Translations under genes and position numbers: made by a program
The notes under the pieces: generated by a model
Seen by the model: only the letters and a program-made list of their open reading frames with translations
What the model was told of the DNA's origin: nothing
Database searches by the model: none
Assembly (NCBI GenBank): GCA_021737225.1
Contig: JAIPEJ010000001.1
Span: forward strand, 1-60,124
From: Desulfobacteraceae bacterium
Lineage (GTDB): Bacteria; Desulfobacterota; Desulfobacteria; Desulfobacterales; Desulfosalsimonadaceae
Reading direction: 5' to 3'
Length of the DNA: 60,124 nt
Shown: in pieces, positions 19,567 through 29,075 of the stretch
Layout: each line of letters begins with the position of its first letter
Numbering within the stretch: the first letter of the stretch is position 1

Positions 19567-20862
19567 ATGCGAAAAAACATTACGCCAGGCGCGGACCGTG
19601 GAATGGATTTGCCCGAAACGACTTCGCACAGGACAAAGACCCGGGGGGTGGATGGTCGCACCGACGGGCCCCATCCGGATCTGATCAATCAAATCAGCCA
19701 GTTCAATGATCTGGACACGATTCTCGAAAAGGTGCTTTTCGAGGCAAGAATGATGGCCGGAGCCGATGCCGGTTCGGTTTACATAATACACGGCAACAGA
19801 CTGAAATTCAGTGCTGTGCAAAATAACAGTTTATTCCCGGCGGCAGAGACCGATATCCGGCTTGAGCAGTTTATGGATACGTCATTGCCGCTGACAAAAG
19901 ATTCCATCGTCGGCTGCAGCATTCTTACCGACCGGATCCTGGCCGCCGATGATGCCTACCGGCTCCCCCCGGATTTTCCTTGTGCCTTTGATGCCACACA
20001 TGACCGACGATCCGGCTACAGGACGAAATCAATCCTGACCATTCCACTCAAGATCTTCGAAAACAGAGTGGTGGGGGCCATACAACTGATAAACGCAAAA
20101 AATCGCCGGGGAGAAGTGATTGCTTTTTCCGCTAAAAACAAAGCTCGGGTTCCTGTGTTTATAAGGGGTGTGGCAGGAGCTATTGAGAAGGGTATGATTT
20201 ACCGGGGGTGGATACTGCGGGCTTTGAAAATGGCCGAGCTTAGGGATCCTTTTGAGACGGGGATGCATGCGCAGCGGGTGGGTATCTATTCGGCTTCGAT
20301 CTACAAACAATGGGCCCGAAAAAGAGGTATATGTGGAAATGAGATCCAGCACACGGCAGACCTGATCCGGCTGGCTGCCATGCAGCATGACGTCGGAAAA
20401 CTCGGCATTCCGGACGCGATTTTAAAAAAACCCGGGAAACTCACCAGGGACGAGTACGCTGAAATGAAATGGCATACAATCTATGGCTACCGCCTTTTTG
20501 CCGATAATATGACGGATCTCGATCAAATGAGCGCCGAAATCGCCCTGAATCACCACGAAAAATGGAACGGCGGCGGATATCCCGGCTCGGCCGGGGGGGC
20601 GCTGATTGAAGAACCGATGTCTGGAAAGTCCAAGAAAGGAATGGAGATTCCCTTATCTGCGCGTATCACCGCTCTGGCCGACACCTTTGACACCCTGTCC
20701 TCGGAGCGCTGTTACAAGCCGGCATGGAAAGACGCGGATATCCGGGACGAAATTCGGAAAAACACCGGCACGGATTTTGATCCGGAAGTTGTGGCAGCCT
20801 TCTTTGATATCTTGGAAGACATCAAGAAAATCCGCTGCCGGTACAGGGAAGCGGACCAATAA
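19567..20862 (+). CDS. GAF + HD-GYP cyclic-dinucleotide phosphodiesterase
   Basis: GAF (GYRTKSILTIPL, GAIQLIN), HDVGK, HHEKWNGGGYP, ADTFD; start could be 19603. Confidence 0.92.
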   Translation: MRKNITPGADRGMDLPETTSHRTKTRGVDGRTDGPHPDLINQISQFNDLDTILEKVLFEARMMAGADAGSVYIIHGNRLKFSAVQNNSLFPAAETDIRLEQFMDTSLPLTKDSIVGCSILTDRILAADDAYRLPPDFPCAFDATHDRRSGYRTKSILTIPLKIFENRVVGAIQLINAKNRRGEVIAFSAKNKARVPVFIRGVAGAIEKGMIYRGWILRALKMAELRDPFETGMHAQRVGIYSASIYKQWARKRGICGNEIQHTADLIRLAAMQHDVGKLGIPDAILKKPGKLTRDEYAEMKWHTIYGYRLFADNMTDLDQMSAEIALNHHEKWNGGGYPGSAGGALIEEPMSGKSKKGMEIPLSARITALADTFDTLSSERCYKPAWKDADIRDEIRKNTGTDFDPEVVAAFFDILEDIKKIRCRYREADQ

Positions 20863-21007
20863 AATATTCGCGCCCGTGTAACCCGCCAACGTAGCGTTTT
20901 GTATCCGACACCCCCGGGGGGATGAAAAGACTATGACCGGGTATCGTAATATTGTAAATGTTGATTATGGCCTTAATACTACAACTCATCTCAAAAGAGA
21001 CTAGACA

Positions 21008-21078
21008 ATTGATATTCGGGAGGCATTCATGGATGGCAGCTTCGCACCGGCAAAAAAGGGGGTCTTGCTGTCGGCAAT
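21008..21078 (+). mobile_element. IS5-family transposase remnant
   Basis: IDIREAFMDGSFAPAKK then, in the -1 frame over A6G5, GGLAVG; this matches the IS5 (IS427-group) DG.F.PAKKGG..VG frameshift junction. Confidence 0.6.
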
Positions 21079-21285
21079 CCGCACAATAGATGGCATCAGG
21101 TTTTCTTTGCAGGGAGGTAAAGACTGGGCCGCCGATAACGAATCGTATCGACAGGTTTGCGGGTGGCGTCAGATTGGGGAAAAAGCCCCAGCTATTACAG
21201 TGTCGCAGATTAAAGCTTCTGCTGATAAGAATGGATTCAACTAAAAACCACAGGTCTTACTTGCAGCAGCGGCGATCCTTTTTTA

Positions 21286-21314
21286 TTGACGAGCCGAAAT
21301 TCTATCACTATATT
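21286..21314 (+). promoter_or_regulatory. sigma70 promoter of ars operon
   Basis: TTGACG-17 nt-TATATT upstream of arsR. Confidence 0.65.
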
Positions 21315-21383
21315 ACAATTTAACGATTTATTGGACGATTTGCGGATCACCGAAAATTCCGGAAAACTTATTGGAAGCAGATC

Positions 21384-21758
21384 ATGAAAGCATTCACAAA
21401 GGTCATGAAGGCCCTGTCTGATCCAACCCGGGTCAAAATCGCAAAAATGCTGCAGCGCAGAAAAATGTGCGTCTGCGAAATCCAGGAAGCCCTGGGCATC
21501 GCCCAGTCCACGGCAAGCAAGCACCTGAAAATCCTGGAAGAAGCTGGACTGGCGACCTACAAAAAAGACGGCCTGTGGGTGAACTACACCCTGGCAGACG
21601 GATCTGACAGTCCGTATGCGGCCAGCATGATTGGGAACCTGAGACACTGGCTCGAAGACGACCCGGAAGTGGGCGAGCTGGTACGCCGGCTTCCGGAAAT
21701 CCGGCGCGAGGACATCTGCTGTACCCGTACCCCCCGGGCCAGACAGGCACGGGGCTGA
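21384..21758 (+). CDS. arsR: ArsR/SmtB family repressor
   Basis: KALSDPTR, MCVCE, SKHLKILEEAGL; additional C-terminal CC. Confidence 0.9.
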   Translation: MKAFTKVMKALSDPTRVKIAKMLQRRKMCVCEIQEALGIAQSTASKHLKILEEAGLATYKKDGLWVNYTLADGSDSPYAASMIGNLRHWLEDDPEVGELVRRLPEIRREDICCTRTPRARQARG

Positions 21759-21784
21759 ATTTTTTCCAAAAAGAGGAGTTTAAA

Positions 21785-22015
21785 ATGGATATCAAAGTAC
21801 TGGGCCCTGGCTGCCCGAAATGCGCCCAAACCGAAGAAACCGTCAAGCAGGCCATCGCAGAGGCCGGCACGGAGGCAAACGTGGAAAAAGTCACCGACAC
21901 CATGGAAATTGCAAAATACGGGGTTTTCGGCACGCCGGCCGTAGTGGTGGACGGAGAGGTCAAGTCCGTGGGCAAAATCCCGAAAAAAGAAGATATACTG
22001 AAGTGGATCAAATAA
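21785..22015 (+). CDS. small redox-active disulfide protein (MTH895/ArsE-like thioredoxin)
   Basis: [11 protein letters not shown]...[13 protein letters not shown]. Confidence 0.9.
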   Translation: MDIKVLGPGCPKCAQTEETVKQAIAEAGTEANVEKVTDTMEIAKYGVFGTPAVVVDGEVKSVGKIPKKEDILKWIK

Positions 22016-22035
22016 ACGCATCGGAAAAAGAACAA

Positions 22036-23127
22036 ATGACCGAATCGACCGCCAAAAAGCTTCCCCTGCTGGATCGTTTTTTGACGCTATGGATCTTTCT
22101 GGCCATGGCTGCAGGGGTTTTGTCCGGCTATTTCTATCCGGGGGTCACGGACCTGCTGGATCATGTGACCGTGGGCACCACAAATATCCCGATCGCCGTG
22201 GGCCTGATTTTGATGATGTATCCGCCGCTTGCCAAGGTGCGATATGAAAAGCTCGGCGAGGTGTTCCGGGATTACAAGATTTTGGGCCTGTCCCTGGTAC
22301 AGAACTGGGTGATCGGGCCCGTTCTGATGTTTCTGCTGGCAATTGCATTTCTGTCCGGGCATCACGAATACATGGTGGGCCTGATCATGATCGGCCTGGC
22401 GCGCTGCATTGCCATGGTGCTGGTCTGGAACGAGCTGGCCCGGGGCGATGCCGAGTACTGTGCCGGACTGGTGGCATTTAACTCGGTTTTCCAGGTGCTG
22501 TTTTTTTCCGTGTATGCCTGGTTTTTCATCACCATCCTGCCGGGATGGTTCGGGCTGGAGGGCACGGCCGTGGATGTGACCATCGGCCGGATTGCCGAAA
22601 GCGTGTTCATCTACCTTGGCATCCCGTTTATCGCAGGGATCATCTCGCGCTTTATCGGCCTGAAGACCAAGGGCGATGAATGGTACATGGGAAAATTCAT
22701 CCCCAAAATCAGTCCGCTCACTTTGATCGCGCTGCTGTTTACCATCGTGGTCATGTTTTCGCTCAAGGGCGAATACATTGTAAGGCTGCCGCTTGACGTG
22801 TTGCGCATCGCCATTCCGCTGTGCGTCTACTTTGTGGTCATGTTTCTGATAACCTTTTACATGTCCATGAAGTTTAAGGCCACCTACGAGCAGTCCACCA
22901 CGTTGTCGTTTACCGCGGCATCCAACAATTTTGAGCTTGCCATTGCCGTGTCCGTTGCCGTGTTTGGCATCAACTCGGGCGTGGCATTTGCCGCAGTGAT
23001 CGGCCCGCTGGTGGAAGTGCCCGTGCTGATTGCCCTGGTCAACGTGGCCCTCTGGTTTAAACGCAAATATTTTCCTTATGCAGTGGAAACTCCCACGGGG
23101 GTATGCCACGTGACATGCAGGGATTGA
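22036..23127 (+). CDS. acr3: ACR3 family arsenite efflux transporter
   Basis: [44 protein letters not shown]; ATG 22036. Confidence 0.95.
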   Translation: MTESTAKKLPLLDRFLTLWIFLAMAAGVLSGYFYPGVTDLLDHVTVGTTNIPIAVGLILMMYPPLAKVRYEKLGEVFRDYKILGLSLVQNWVIGPVLMFLLAIAFLSGHHEYMVGLIMIGLARCIAMVLVWNELARGDAEYCAGLVAFNSVFQVLFFSVYAWFFITILPGWFGLEGTAVDVTIGRIAESVFIYLGIPFIAGIISRFIGLKTKGDEWYMGKFIPKISPLTLIALLFTIVVMFSLKGEYIVRLPLDVLRIAIPLCVYFVVMFLITFYMSMKFKATYEQSTTLSFTAASNNFELAIAVSVAVFGINSGVAFAAVIGPLVEVPVLIALVNVALWFKRKYFPYAVETPTGVCHVTCRD

Positions 23128-23181
23128 ACCGATTTGTTTTAAGGAACCATGAATTAAAATAAGCGGAAAAAAGGAACACCC

Positions 23182-23628
23182 ATGAAACCAAAAACCAAAC
23201 GGATCGTCCTCACTGTGTTTCTCATTGTCACCGCCCTGGCATTCTGGGGCCTGCTTCAAGGCGGAACCGCGTTTGACTCGGCCCCGCAGCAAACAGGGGA
23301 AAAAGGCAAGGGCGAAGCCCCCGCGCCCGGCAGGGCCACCATGCTTGACCTGGGCGCGGACAAATGCCGGCCATGCAAAATGATGGCCCCCATTCTGGAG
23401 GAACTTGAGAAAGCCTATGCAGACCGGGCGGAAATCATCTTCATTGACGTATGGAAAAACCCGGAGGTGGCAAAGGAATACGGCATCCGGGCCATTCCCA
23501 CCCAGATCTTTTTCAATAAGCAAGGCAGGGAGGTCAAGCGGCACACCGGTTTCATGGACAAGAAAACCATTATAAAAAACCTGTCCGCCCTGGGCGTGGA
23601 AACGCCGGAAAAATACCGGGATTCGTGA
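23182..23628 (+). CDS. exported/anchored thioredoxin family protein
   Basis: N-terminal TM, DLGADKCRPCKMM, IPTQIF. Confidence 0.9.
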   Translation: MKPKTKRIVLTVFLIVTALAFWGLLQGGTAFDSAPQQTGEKGKGEAPAPGRATMLDLGADKCRPCKMMAPILEELEKAYADRAEIIFIDVWKNPEVAKEYGIRAIPTQIFFNKQGREVKRHTGFMDKKTIIKNLSALGVETPEKYRDS

Positions 23629-23653
23629 TCACACCGCGCACCGAAGGATTCAT

Positions 23654-24163
23654 ATGAAATCCAGAAAAACAATCCGGATAAAGGCCGTAGCTCAGACAGG
23701 GGCGATCATCGTGATTGCATGCCTCCTTGCGGTCTGCACAAATATTTTGCGCGACAGCGGGCTCCCGCTTGTGGGCGACTGGTCAGCAGATTCCCGGTTC
23801 GCGGATAATTCCGGACAAAGCCTGGTGATCGGCCTGACAGAGGCAAGCCGGATGCATGCGGAAAACAAGGCCGTGTTCGTGGATGCACGGCCTGAAAGCC
23901 AGTACAATCAGGGCCACATCAAAGGAGCTCTTTGCCTGCCCTGGCAGGAGGCGGACAGGCGGTTCATGGAAGTCGCAGGCCGTCTGGAAGGCGGAAAAAC
24001 CATCATTTGTTACTGCGACGGGGAAAACTGTGAACTGAGCCACGAGCTTGCGCTGTTTCTCGAAGACATGGGCTTTGAAGACGTCCGCGTTCTGGTAAAC
24101 GGCTGGACGAAATGGCGCAGGGCCGGACTCCCGACACAGAAGGAAGACCGGGAAAATGGATAA
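23654..24163 (+). CDS. membrane-anchored rhodanese-like protein
   Basis: VDAR...GHIKGA, YCDGENC, GWTKW. Confidence 0.88.
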   Translation: MKSRKTIRIKAVAQTGAIIVIACLLAVCTNILRDSGLPLVGDWSADSRFADNSGQSLVIGLTEASRMHAENKAVFVDARPESQYNQGHIKGALCLPWQEADRRFMEVAGRLEGGKTIICYCDGENCELSHELALFLEDMGFEDVRVLVNGWTKWRRAGLPTQKEDRENG

Positions 24164-24632
24164 TCGGTTTTTTGAAAAAACAGAAAAAATCGGATTTGTT
24201 TTAGCCAGGATCCTCATAGGCGCGGTGTTTTTATATGCCAGCTATGACAAAATCCTGCACCCGCAGGCTTTTGCAGAAGCCGTCTACAACTACCAGATCC
24301 TGCCGGATGCCGCGGTCAACGCCGTGGCCCTGGTGCTGCCGTGGATTGAGCTGGTGGCGGGGCTGTGCCTGGTAACCGGGATGTGGCTGCCGGGTGCGGC
24401 AATGCTTGCCGCTTTGCTCATGGCGGCCTTTACTGCTGCCCTGGTATTCAACCAGATCCGCGGCCTGGATGTACACTGCGGCTGCTTTAGCACCCAGGTC
24501 ACCCACGGGCCGGCAAACCTGTGGACCGTGATCCGGGATATTTGTTTTCTGGCAGTTTCCGTGTACCTGATGGTGCGCACCGTGGTTTTCCCGGACCGAT
24601 CCGTACGGAAAGCACAAGCCCGCAGTCTGTGA
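24156..24632 (+). CDS. MauE/DoxX family redox membrane protein
   Basis: LP..EL, GLDVHCGCF, RD motif. Confidence 0.88.
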   Translation: MDNRFFEKTEKIGFVLARILIGAVFLYASYDKILHPQAFAEAVYNYQILPDAAVNAVALVLPWIELVAGLCLVTGMWLPGAAMLAALLMAAFTAALVFNQIRGLDVHCGCFSTQVTHGPANLWTVIRDICFLAVSVYLMVRTVVFPDRSVRKAQARSL

Positions 24633-24710
24633 AATGCCCGCACATGCTTCAGACCGCAGGGCCCCTTTTCAGACCTCGAACTTTATTCTTAAATTGCCAT
24701 TTATCGATAC

Positions 24711-24853
24711 AAATTTGATAAGCCTGAAAAAGTCTTTTTTACAGGCAGTGTTAAATTTTAAGTGATTAAATGATTAAGTAAAATCAAAATGTTATATTTT
24801 TATTGCTTGGCGGGCATAACATTTTCAAGACTTTTTACGAAAGCGTCAAATTT
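24711..24853. mobile_element. MITE-like inverted-repeat element
   Basis: Imperfect terminal IRs aaatttgataagcctgaaaaagtctt / aagactttttacgaaagcgtcaaattt; related copy at 5305-5400. Confidence 0.7.
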
Positions 24854-24880
24854 CAGACTGAAAATCCCAGAGGCAGAAAA

Positions 24881-26059
24881 ATGAATATCAAGGAACGCTA
24901 TAAACTCCTGCTGCTCGTAGTCTTCTTCCTGGTGACCTATTACGTGCCCTGGAACCACGAAATCATTCGCCAGGCCGGCCTGGAAGCCTTTATGATGCTT
25001 CGGGAATATGCCCGGGAGCATGTTTTGACCTGCCTGATACCGGCATTTTTTATCGCCGGGGCCATTGCCGTATTCGTCTCCCAGGCATCCGTGATCAAGT
25101 ATTTCGGCGCCCAGGCCAACAAGCTGCTGTCCTATTCAGTGGCATCGGTGTCCGGCACCATCCTGGCGGTGTGCTCCTGCACGGTTCTGCCGCTTTTTGC
25201 CGGCATCTATTCCAGGGGCGCGGGAATCGGGCCTGCCACGGCATTTCTGTATTCCGGCCCGGCCATCAACGTGCTGGCCATCGTGTTTACCGCCCGGGTG
25301 CTGGGCTGGCAGCTCGGCCTGGCAAGGGCGATCGGGGCCATATTTTTCGCCGCAATCGTGGGGCTTTCCATGCATTTTATCTTCCGTAAAGATGAAGCGC
25401 AGCGCCAGGCCAGCCAAATGCACCTGCCGGATGAAGAAGACACGGGCCGATCCCTTGCCCAGGAGGCCATGTTCATGCTGGTGCTGATCCTGATCCTGAT
25501 ATTTGCAGCTTTTGCAAAGCCCTCACAGGATGCGGCCGTGCTGTGGCAAACCATATTTCATGCCAAGTGGATCATTACGGCAGTTCTCCTGGTAATCCTG
25601 GGCTTTATCCTCTACTCCTGGTTTCAGCGCGAAGAACTCGGACAGTGGGTGGACTCCACCTGGGGGTTTATGAAGCAGATTTTCCCCCTGCTTTTTGCAG
25701 GCGTGCTCTTTGCCGGATTTTTCCTGGGCCGGCCCGGGCACCCGGCACTGATTCCCGAGCATTTCGTGGCCGAACTGGTGGGCGGCAACTCTGTCTGGGC
25801 CAACCTGTTTGCCGCCCTGGCCTCGGCGCTGATGTATTTTGCCACCCTGACCGAGGTGCCCATTCTTCAGGGACTTCTGGGCTCGGGCATGGGCCAGGGG
25901 CCGGCGCTGACCATGCTTCTGGCCGGCCCGGCGCTTTCGCTGCCCAACCTGGTCGTCATCGGCAGCGTCATGGGATGGAAAAAAACCGGGACATTTGCTG
26001 CCATCATCGTGGTGCTCTCCACGATCGTGGGCATGATCTACGGGGCAATCGTAACATAG
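24881..26059 (+). CDS. ArsP/DUF318 family permease
   Basis: LAVCSCTVLPLF, FLYSGPAIN, MYFATLTEVP, LLAGPALSLP; ATG 24881. Confidence 0.9.
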   Translation: MNIKERYKLLLLVVFFLVTYYVPWNHEIIRQAGLEAFMMLREYAREHVLTCLIPAFFIAGAIAVFVSQASVIKYFGAQANKLLSYSVASVSGTILAVCSCTVLPLFAGIYSRGAGIGPATAFLYSGPAINVLAIVFTARVLGWQLGLARAIGAIFFAAIVGLSMHFIFRKDEAQRQASQMHLPDEEDTGRSLAQEAMFMLVLILILIFAAFAKPSQDAAVLWQTIFHAKWIITAVLLVILGFILYSWFQREELGQWVDSTWGFMKQIFPLLFAGVLFAGFFLGRPGHPALIPEHFVAELVGGNSVWANLFAALASALMYFATLTEVPILQGLLGSGMGQGPALTMLLAGPALSLPNLVVIGSVMGWKKTGTFAAIIVVLSTIVGMIYGAIVT

Positions 26060-26078
26060 AAAATAAAAGCATGACGAG

Positions 26079-26789
26079 ATGTTGGACCAATTTCTGATCA
26101 CCGTGAACCAGATGATGAGCGGCGGCCTGGCTGTGGCCGCAGCGGGCGCTTTTGCCTGGGGCATGATCAGCGTGCTGTTTTCCCCATGCCACCTGGCCTC
26201 CATCCCCCTGATCGTGGCTTACGTGGGCGGTCAGCAAACCGCTGTGAACCCGAAGCGGGCCGGATGGTATGCCGGCGCATTTACGCTGGGGCTTTTCATC
26301 ACAATTGCGGCAGTGGGCATTGTGTGCGCCATGCTGGGCCGCATGCTGGGCGATGTGGGCATATGGCTCCAGGTGGCGGTAGGTGTGGTTCTGATCTGGG
26401 TGGCACTGGGCATGATGGGCGTGCAGGCATGCACCATGTCCGGCGGGCTGCTCTATCGCCTCAATCTGCGGGGCGTGCACGGGGCTTTCGGCCTGGGCCT
26501 GGCCTACGGAATTTTGTCCGGTTCGTGCACGTTCGGCTTTATCGCCCCGATTCTGGCCATTGTCACTGTCCAGCAGGAGATTTTCGCCGGATCCGTGATG
26601 ATGCTGCTGTTTGCCCTGGGCCACTGCCTGCCGATTGTATTTGCCGGAAGCTCGGCCGCGGCGGTCCGCAGACTCACCGAAAGCGCCGCATGGCAGGGTG
26701 CGGGCGTGTGGTTCCGTAAGGGTGCCGGGGTGGTCATCGGTCTGCTGGGCGTATATTTCATTGCCGGTCCCTTGACGGGCATCGTCTGA
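26079..26789 (+). CDS. CcdA/DsbD-like thiol-disulfide transmembrane electron transporter
   Basis: SVLFSPCHLASIP, GSCTFG; ~6 TMs. Confidence 0.88.
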   Translation: MLDQFLITVNQMMSGGLAVAAAGAFAWGMISVLFSPCHLASIPLIVAYVGGQQTAVNPKRAGWYAGAFTLGLFITIAAVGIVCAMLGRMLGDVGIWLQVAVGVVLIWVALGMMGVQACTMSGGLLYRLNLRGVHGAFGLGLAYGILSGSCTFGFIAPILAIVTVQQEIFAGSVMMLLFALGHCLPIVFAGSSAAAVRRLTESAAWQGAGVWFRKGAGVVIGLLGVYFIAGPLTGIV

Positions 26790-26820
26790 TCCGGATTATC
26801 TGATACAGAAAGGATTCCAT

Positions 26821-28275
26821 ATGAATCAAGCACGAACGTATCCCGGCCTAGTCAGGGCATCGGCCGCGCTTGCCGTGCTGGCGTTTTTGCTCGTGTTTAC
26901 GGCAGGCAGCGGTTTTTGCCAATCCACGGGCCAAACCGTTGAAGAAAAATACCCGGGGCTTGTCAGCGGCATACTCAAAAACGCTCGTCTCCAATCCATG
27001 GATAAACAGATTCTGCTCAAATCAGAAGATGTTACGATCCGCAGGGCCGAGCTGACCGAGAAGCTCAATGGCCTGGACGCTGAAATCCGTTCGCAGATGA
27101 AAAAAAATCTGCTCTTTTTGCTGGACCAGGAGGCCACCCGGAAGATTCTGCGAAATGAGGCGGAAAAAGCCGGACTCACATCCGAAGACCGGAGTGACCG
27201 GGAAATTTTCCAGGCTCTAATTGATCGCAAAACCGAAACAATGCAAGTCACTGAACAAGAGGCCCGCAACTTTTATCAGACCAACAGGGACATGGTCGGT
27301 GACAGGCCTTTTGAGCAGGTCAAAGACGCCATCCGCGACTATCTGACGCAGCAAAAAAAGCAGCAATTCTTTTCAGATTATATCGGTGAATTGGCTGCGG
27401 ATGTCAACATGCGGGTAAATCAGCAGTGGGTTGCAAAGCAGAGCCGTATTGCCATGGACAACCCCGTGGACAAGGCCCGGAATTCCGGACTGCCCACAAT
27501 GGTGGAATTCGGGGCAGACGGCTGTGTTCCGTGCGATAAGATGCAGCCCATCCTGGATAAGTTGCGCAAGGATTTTGCCGACAGCCTCAATGTGGTTTTT
27601 GTTGATGTAAGAGAAAAACAAATGCTGGCAGCCCGATTCGGTATCCGGTCAATCCCGGTGCAGGTGTTCTACTATGCAAACGGCAAAGAGGTGTTCCGGC
27701 ACACGGGGTTTCTGGCCAAAGATAAGGTTTACCGGCAGTTGGCTGAAATGGGAGTGGGAGAGCAATCTGAAGCCGTGTTCACCATCGGCAGCGGACAGGT
27801 TGAAGTTGTGCTTTTCACTGACTATTTTTGCCCGCCCTGCCAGAGTCTCGAGCCCGTCCTTGATGAAAAACTGCCGGAGCTGATAGCTTCAGGTGCAAAA
27901 GTAACCTTTGTGGACGCGCCATTCAACCGCCGTTCCTCTTTGTATGCCCGGTATTTTCTTTATGCCGCCAAGGCGTCTTCTTCACCGGAGTCAATCATGC
28001 ACGCCCGCAATTTGCTGTTCCGGCTGGCGGAAAAAAAGAAAGTTGAATCCGAAAAGGAGATGATGCAAGCCCTGAAAGAAAACAATGTGGATATCAACCT
28101 TTTCGATACACAGCCCGTGATAAATCAATGGAAGAAAATCATGAACAAATACAATCTCCGCACCACACCCACCTGCGTCATTATCAGGCCCGGAGAAGAA
28201 CCTGAGCAGTACAGGAGCGGCAAAGCGATTCCAGAGGCACTGGATCGTCTGCTTGGTCAATTGCCGTCAGAGTAA
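26821..28275 (+). CDS. exported multidomain protein: SurA-like N-terminus + thioredoxin (CVPC) + DsbA/DsbC-like (CPPC)
   Basis: Signal peptide; EFGADGCVPC..IPVQ; FTDYFCPPC..TPT. Confidence 0.8.
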   Translation: MNQARTYPGLVRASAALAVLAFLLVFTAGSGFCQSTGQTVEEKYPGLVSGILKNARLQSMDKQILLKSEDVTIRRAELTEKLNGLDAEIRSQMKKNLLFLLDQEATRKILRNEAEKAGLTSEDRSDREIFQALIDRKTETMQVTEQEARNFYQTNRDMVGDRPFEQVKDAIRDYLTQQKKQQFFSDYIGELAADVNMRVNQQWVAKQSRIAMDNPVDKARNSGLPTMVEFGADGCVPCDKMQPILDKLRKDFADSLNVVFVDVREKQMLAARFGIRSIPVQVFYYANGKEVFRHTGFLAKDKVYRQLAEMGVGEQSEAVFTIGSGQVEVVLFTDYFCPPCQSLEPVLDEKLPELIASGAKVTFVDAPFNRRSSLYARYFLYAAKASSSPESIMHARNLLFRLAEKKKVESEKEMMQALKENNVDINLFDTQPVINQWKKIMNKYNLRTTPTCVIIRPGEEPEQYRSGKAIPEALDRLLGQLPSE

Positions 28276-28297
28276 TTGAAACCCGCGAATTGACACC

Positions 28298-28801
28298 ATG
28301 AAAGATCAAAACCGTAAAGACTGTAAAAATGCCTTCCGGCAGGCAGGGGCTATTGTTTTGCTCGCCGGTATCATGGCGCTTGCGGCCAATCATTTCCGGG
28401 AAGACGGCATTGCACTGATTACGGACTGGTCGCCTGCGGCCAGGCTCGAAGCTGCAACAGACGGCAGCAATATGATGATCCCGATGGAGCAGGCCCTTGC
28501 CTTCCACGAATCGCGGGAGACGGTGTTCATTGACACCCGTTCTCCGGAAGCATTCGCCGAAGGGCGCATCGCAGGGGCGATCAATATCCCGGAACATGAT
28601 GTATTCGATCACCTGGGAACCTTCATGGAGGCGGTACCGGATAAAGACAAAGTAATTGTCGTCTATTGCGAAAAAGCGCCATGCCCTCTGAGCCGTGAGC
28701 TGGTGCGGCTGCTCAAGGACACGGGCTATAAAAATGCCAGGCTCATGGAAAACGGCTGGGCGCGGTGGAAGGAACGGGGATATCCCGGGACCGAGGGATG
28801 A
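28298..28801 (+). CDS. membrane-anchored rhodanese-like protein (paralog of 23654)
   Basis: IDTR...GRIAGAINIP, YCEKAPC, GWARW. Confidence 0.88.
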   Translation: MKDQNRKDCKNAFRQAGAIVLLAGIMALAANHFREDGIALITDWSPAARLEAATDGSNMMIPMEQALAFHESRETVFIDTRSPEAFAEGRIAGAINIPEHDVFDHLGTFMEAVPDKDKVIVVYCEKAPCPLSRELVRLLKDTGYKNARLMENGWARWKERGYPGTEG

Positions 28802-28918
28802 GAAAACGCCCGGGCTCCCGGATCCCAACCCCGGTCCGGTTAAATGAAAAAAACTTACAGGGGCAAAAGATGTTTTAAACAGTGAAACCGTTGCAGGCTA
28901 TGTTTCACTTTCAGGGGG

Positions 28919-28978
28919 TGTAATGCCCGGCTTTTTCCTCTTCCGCCACAGGGGCTCCGGATGATGCCGAGCGCCTGT
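28919..28978 (-). repeat. degenerate copy of a sigma54-activator Fis-HTH 3' end (direct repeat of 30323-30383)
   Basis: tgtaatgccc.gctttttc.t.ttccgccacaggg.gctccgg.tgatgccgagcgcctgt shared by both; encodes ALGI.RS.LWRK.KK.GIT. Confidence 0.75.
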
Positions 28979-29075
28979 GCGGTTTTTTTCAAGGCTTCTT
29001 GAATATTGCGGGGTGGTTTACGGGGTCATTTGATTTAACTTAACCAGCGGCTTAGTTAAAGAAAACCGCTTTTTT

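Noticed and set aside
21029-21244. 71-aa ORF with apparent GGAGG RBS
   Set aside because: Its start is better explained as an IS5 transposase fragment; the rest looks non-coding.
22087-23544. 485-aa minus-strand ORF
   Set aside because: Antisense to acr3 and the thioredoxin gene, which have clear family motifs.
21785-28801. Additional selenocysteine codons in the ars redox genes
   Set aside because: All CxxC and rhodanese motifs are read as Cys in uninterrupted frames.
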